From an uncultured delta proteobacterium (lineage in GTDB: Bacteria > Myxococcota_A > Polyangia > Fen-1088), in the NCBI GenBank assembly GCA_963767925.1, contig CAVYGB010000002.1, positions 224,001 to 288,000 of the forward strand: a stretch of DNA of 64,000 nt, read 5' to 3'. The notes under the pieces were generated by a model, which searched no databases, had not been told where the DNA came from, and saw only the letters and a program-made list of their open reading frames with translations. The translations under genes and the position numbers were made by a program. Of this stretch, positions 61,255 to 64,000 are shown piece by piece (the stretch's first letter is position 1; every line of letters starts with the position of its first letter).

Positions 61255-61516
61255 TGACTGCCGCGGCTGTCGTGGTCGTGCTCGTGTGCGAGCGCGTGTT
61301 CGAGTTCGTGTCCGTGTGTGGTGAGCGTGTTCGGCCCGCGGGCCTCGGCTCGCGTGATTTACGCGCACCGAGAGCCGCCTGGCCGCTCAACGCTCGCCCC
61401 ACACGAACTCGAACACGAACACGCGCTCGAACACGCCCACGAGCACGCGTCCCGCCCTCGATACCTCGTTTCGCCCATCGGCGCAAATTCTCCACAGGTT
61501 TCAGCGGCTGGCTCTA

Positions 61517-61679
61517 AAGAGCGGCACTACTTAAGAGCGGCACTACTTGAAGAGCGGCACTACTTAAGAGCGGCACTACTTGAAGAGCGGCACTACTTAA
61601 GAGCGGCACTACTTGAAGAGCGGCACTACTTGAAGAGCGGCACTACTTAAGAGCGGCACTACTTGAAGAGCGGCACTAC
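61517..61679. repeat. Right part of the 16/17-bp array, 10 units
   Basis: AGAGCGGCACTACTT(G)A repeated. Confidence 0.95.
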
Positions 61680-62478
61680 CCGAAACGGAGAGGGAGGAAA
61701 TGGGGGGGGTCGGATTCTCTCGGCTGACGATGGCCGAGACCGCGCGAAGCACGGAGTCGCCGTTCATGGGAGGGGCGGTGAGGCCGTCCTTGGAGTCGCA
61801 GGGGGGGCAGCGGCGGGGCTTCTCGAACTGGCGGCGGGGGGGGCAGGTGGGGTGAGGGATGGCCTTCATCAGGGCGAAGTAGTGTTCCGGCTTTCGCGTC
61901 CGGTAGAGGTCGAACCAGGACTGCAGGGCGGCTGGCGACATGACCTCCAGCCTCTCCAGGATGTGATAGGCGAAGTCGAGTGGGGCGAGGCCGCTGGCGG
62001 TGATCAGGGGTCCGTCGGTCACGGCTGGCGCCTGCTGGAAGAACGCCTCGCCGCGATAGGCGGGGCAGGTCGCTTTCAGCGCGTCGAGGTTGTCGCTGGT
62101 GTGGGGCCGCTGGTCGAGCAGGCCATCCCGCGCCAGGCGCATGGTGGCGCCGCAGATCCCTGCCACCAGCACCCCGGCCGAGAGCAGGGCCCGCGCCCTC
62201 TCGATCACGGGCGCGTGCACCTCATCGAACCAGGTATCGCCTCCCGAGAGCAGCAACACCGCTGTGTTCTCCGCGGTCACCTCAACGAGCGTCGCGTCCG
62301 GCAGCAAGGTCATCCCGCCCATCGTCCGCACGGGGGCCTTCGTCACCCCGACCGTCCGCACCGGAACGCGCGCGTCGGGCGCCCGCAAGAACCACCCCGA
62401 ATTGAGCTGTGCGACGGCGTGCCCCGGCTCCCGATCCGCCAGCGTATCGAACACATGGACGTGCGCAAACCGGCTCAT
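61609..62478 (-). CDS. DJ-1/PfpI family protein with C-terminal read-through extension
   Basis: VFDTLAD.E.G, VRTMGG, LSGGDTW, GICGAT, LITASG. The recognisable part ends near 61860 but the frame continues into the repeat array. Confidence 0.85.
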   Translation of the reverse strand: MSRFAHVHVFDTLADREPGHAVAQLNSGWFLRAPDARVPVRTVGVTKAPVRTMGGMTLLPDATLVEVTAENTAVLLLSGGDTWFDEVHAPVIERARALLSAGVLVAGICGATMRLARDGLLDQRPHTSDNLDALKATCPAYRGEAFFQQAPAVTDGPLITASGLAPLDFAYHILERLEVMSPAALQSWFDLYRTRKPEHYFALMKAIPHPTCPPRRQFEKPRRCPPCDSKDGLTAPPMNGDSVLRAVSAIVSRENPTPPISSLSVSGSAALQVVPLLSSAALQVVPLFK

Positions 62479-62613
62479 CTCGCCAACATGACGCCCTCCC
62501 CCGTCCCCTACCATCCCCCCGCACCCCCGACCCTCACCATCCTCATCTCTCCGCCGCTCGCGAGCTGAGCCCCCCTCTCAGCCCCTCGCTCGGGTGACGG
62601 GCGGTTGCCAACG

Positions 62614-62685
62614 CCGGACGCCCCTCACCCGGCGCGCGGACGCGCCGACCTCTCCCCACGGCGGACCGCGGGGAGAGGTGATGGC
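62614..62685. repeat. REP-like element family A
   Basis: Near-identical to 7186-7258. Confidence 0.85.
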
Positions 62686-63559
62686 GCTGCGCCTGTGCAC
62701 GAGGCGCCGGCGGGGGCATCAGGTTCGATCGCGCTGCGCCTGTGCACGAGGCGCCGGCGGGGGCATCAGGTTCGATCGCGCTGCGCCTGTGCACGAGGCG
62801 CCACCGGCGGGGGGTCAGGTTCGATCGCGCTGCGCCTGTGCACGAGGCGCCGCCGGCGGGGGCATCAGGTTCGATCGCGCTGCGCCTGTGCACGAGGCGC
62901 CGGCGGGGGCATCAGGTTCGATCGCGCTGCGCCTGTGCACGAGGCGCCGCCGGCGGGGGCGTCAGGTTCGATCGCGCTGCGCCTGTGCACGAGGCGCCAC
63001 CGGCGGGGGGTCAGGTTCGATCGCGCTGCGCCTGTGCACGAGGCGCCACCGGCGGGGGGTCAGGTTCGATCGCGCTGCGCCTGTGCACGAGGCGCCACCG
63101 GCGGGGGGTCAGGTTCGATCGCGCTGCGCCTGTGCACGAGGCGCCACCGGCGGGGGGTCAGGTTCGATCGCGCTGCGCCTGTGCACGAGGCGCCACCGGC
63201 GGGGGCATCAGGTTCGATCGCGCTGCGCCTGTGCACGAGGCGCCACCGGCGGGGGGTCAGGTTCGATCGCGCTGCGCCTGTGCACGAGGCGCCGCCGGCG
63301 GGGGGTCAGGTTCGATCGCGCTGCGCCTGTGCACGAGGCGCCACCGGCGGGGGGTCAGGTTCGATCGCGCTGCGCCTGTGCACGAGGCGCCGCCGGCGGG
63401 GGGTCAGGTTCGATCGCGCTGCGCCTGTGCACGAGGCGCCACCGGCGGGGGGTCAGGTTCGATCGCGCTGCGCCTGTGGTTGAGGGCGCCGCCGGCGGGG
63501 GGTCAGGTTCGATCGCGCTGCGCCTGTGGTTGAGGGCGCCGCCGGGGGTGGGGGTCAGG
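62683..63559. repeat. About 49-bp tandem repeat, 17 full units plus partials
   Basis: TCAGGTTCGATCGCGCTGCGCCTGTGCACGAGGCGCC(A/G)CCGGCGGGGGG, with no unique spacers. Confidence 0.97.
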
Positions 63560-64000
63560 CGGTCAGGAAGGTGTGGAGGTCGGCGTTGAATTGTTCCTGG
63601 TGGGTGGTGGGGAGGGCGTGGGGGGCGGAGGGGTAGATCTTCAGGACCGAGGACTTGACCAGCTTGGCGCTACGGAGGGAGGCGGCGGCGATGGGGACGA
63701 TCTGGTCGTCGTCGCCGTGGAGGATGAGGGTGGGGACTTCGATCTTCTTCAGGTCTTCGGTGAAGTCGGTTTCGGAGAAGGCTTTTATGCAGTCGAGGGC
63801 GGCTTTGATGCCGACCTGCATGCACTGGAGCCAGAACTGATCGCGCACGGCCTTTGTCACGCGGGTGCCGGGGCGATTGGCGCCGAAGAACGGGACGCTG
63901 AAGTCCTGGTAGAACTGGGAGCGGTCTCGGGCTATGGCGGCGCGGAGGTTGTCGAGGGCGGCCAGGGGGGTGCCGTCGGGGTTGGCCTCCGTCTTCAGGA
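63555..64000 (-). CDS. Alpha/beta hydrolase (non-heme chloroperoxidase family), 5' part outside the window
   Basis: [39 protein letters not shown]. Confidence 0.93.
   Translation of the reverse strand, partial: LKTEANPDGTPLAALDNLRAAIARDRSQFYQDFSVPFFGANRPGTRVTKAVRDQFWLQCMQVGIKAALDCIKAFSETDFTEDLKKIEVPTLILHGDDDQIVPIAAASLRSAKLVKSSVLKIYPSAPHALPTTHQEQFNADLHTFLTA

Larger units (their letters stand above)
59916..61514 (-). mobile_element. IS5-family insertion sequence (about 1.6 kb) with passenger gene
   Basis: 22-bp TIRs GAG(TG/CC)AGCCGCTGAAACCTGTG, flanks TTA and TAA. Contains a transposase and a divergent four-helix-bundle gene. Confidence 0.93.

Noticed and set aside
62683..63559. CRISPR array
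   Set aside because: Units are contiguous and near-identical with no unique spacers, and there are no cas genes in the window.
62543..63589. Repeat-protein ORFs over the 49-bp array
   Set aside because: The unit is not a multiple of 3 and all three plus-strand frames are open only because the unit lacks stops. No RBS or protein-like composition.

Overview
Very GC-rich bacterial chromosome segment, most likely Myxococcota (MYXO-CTERM carboxypeptidase, DUF1592/DUF1552 pair, DUF4388, paralogous DnaK/J-protein, many Pro-rich lipoproteins). It holds about 50 genes: a Co-type nitrile hydratase operon, two Hsp70s, two M16 proteases, a subclass B3 metallo-beta-lactamase, argD-argF, and an ECF sigma/anti-sigma/caspase-like operon. 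The most unusual structure is non-genic or rearranged DNA: (i) an IS5-family element carrying a four-helix-bundle passenger gene, inserted in a 16/17-bp tandem array, plus an inverted, internally deleted second copy; (ii) two families of REP-like hairpins, one repeatedly followed at the same end by tandem arrays; (iii) a scrambled TonB-dependent iron-uptake locus with a reconstructable internal inversion; (iv) a triplicated nthB start whose G-tract length decides translational coupling. No rRNA, tRNA or CRISPR array was seen. Family assignments come from motif recognition only, with no database search. Several single-base frameshifts could be sequencing or assembly errors.
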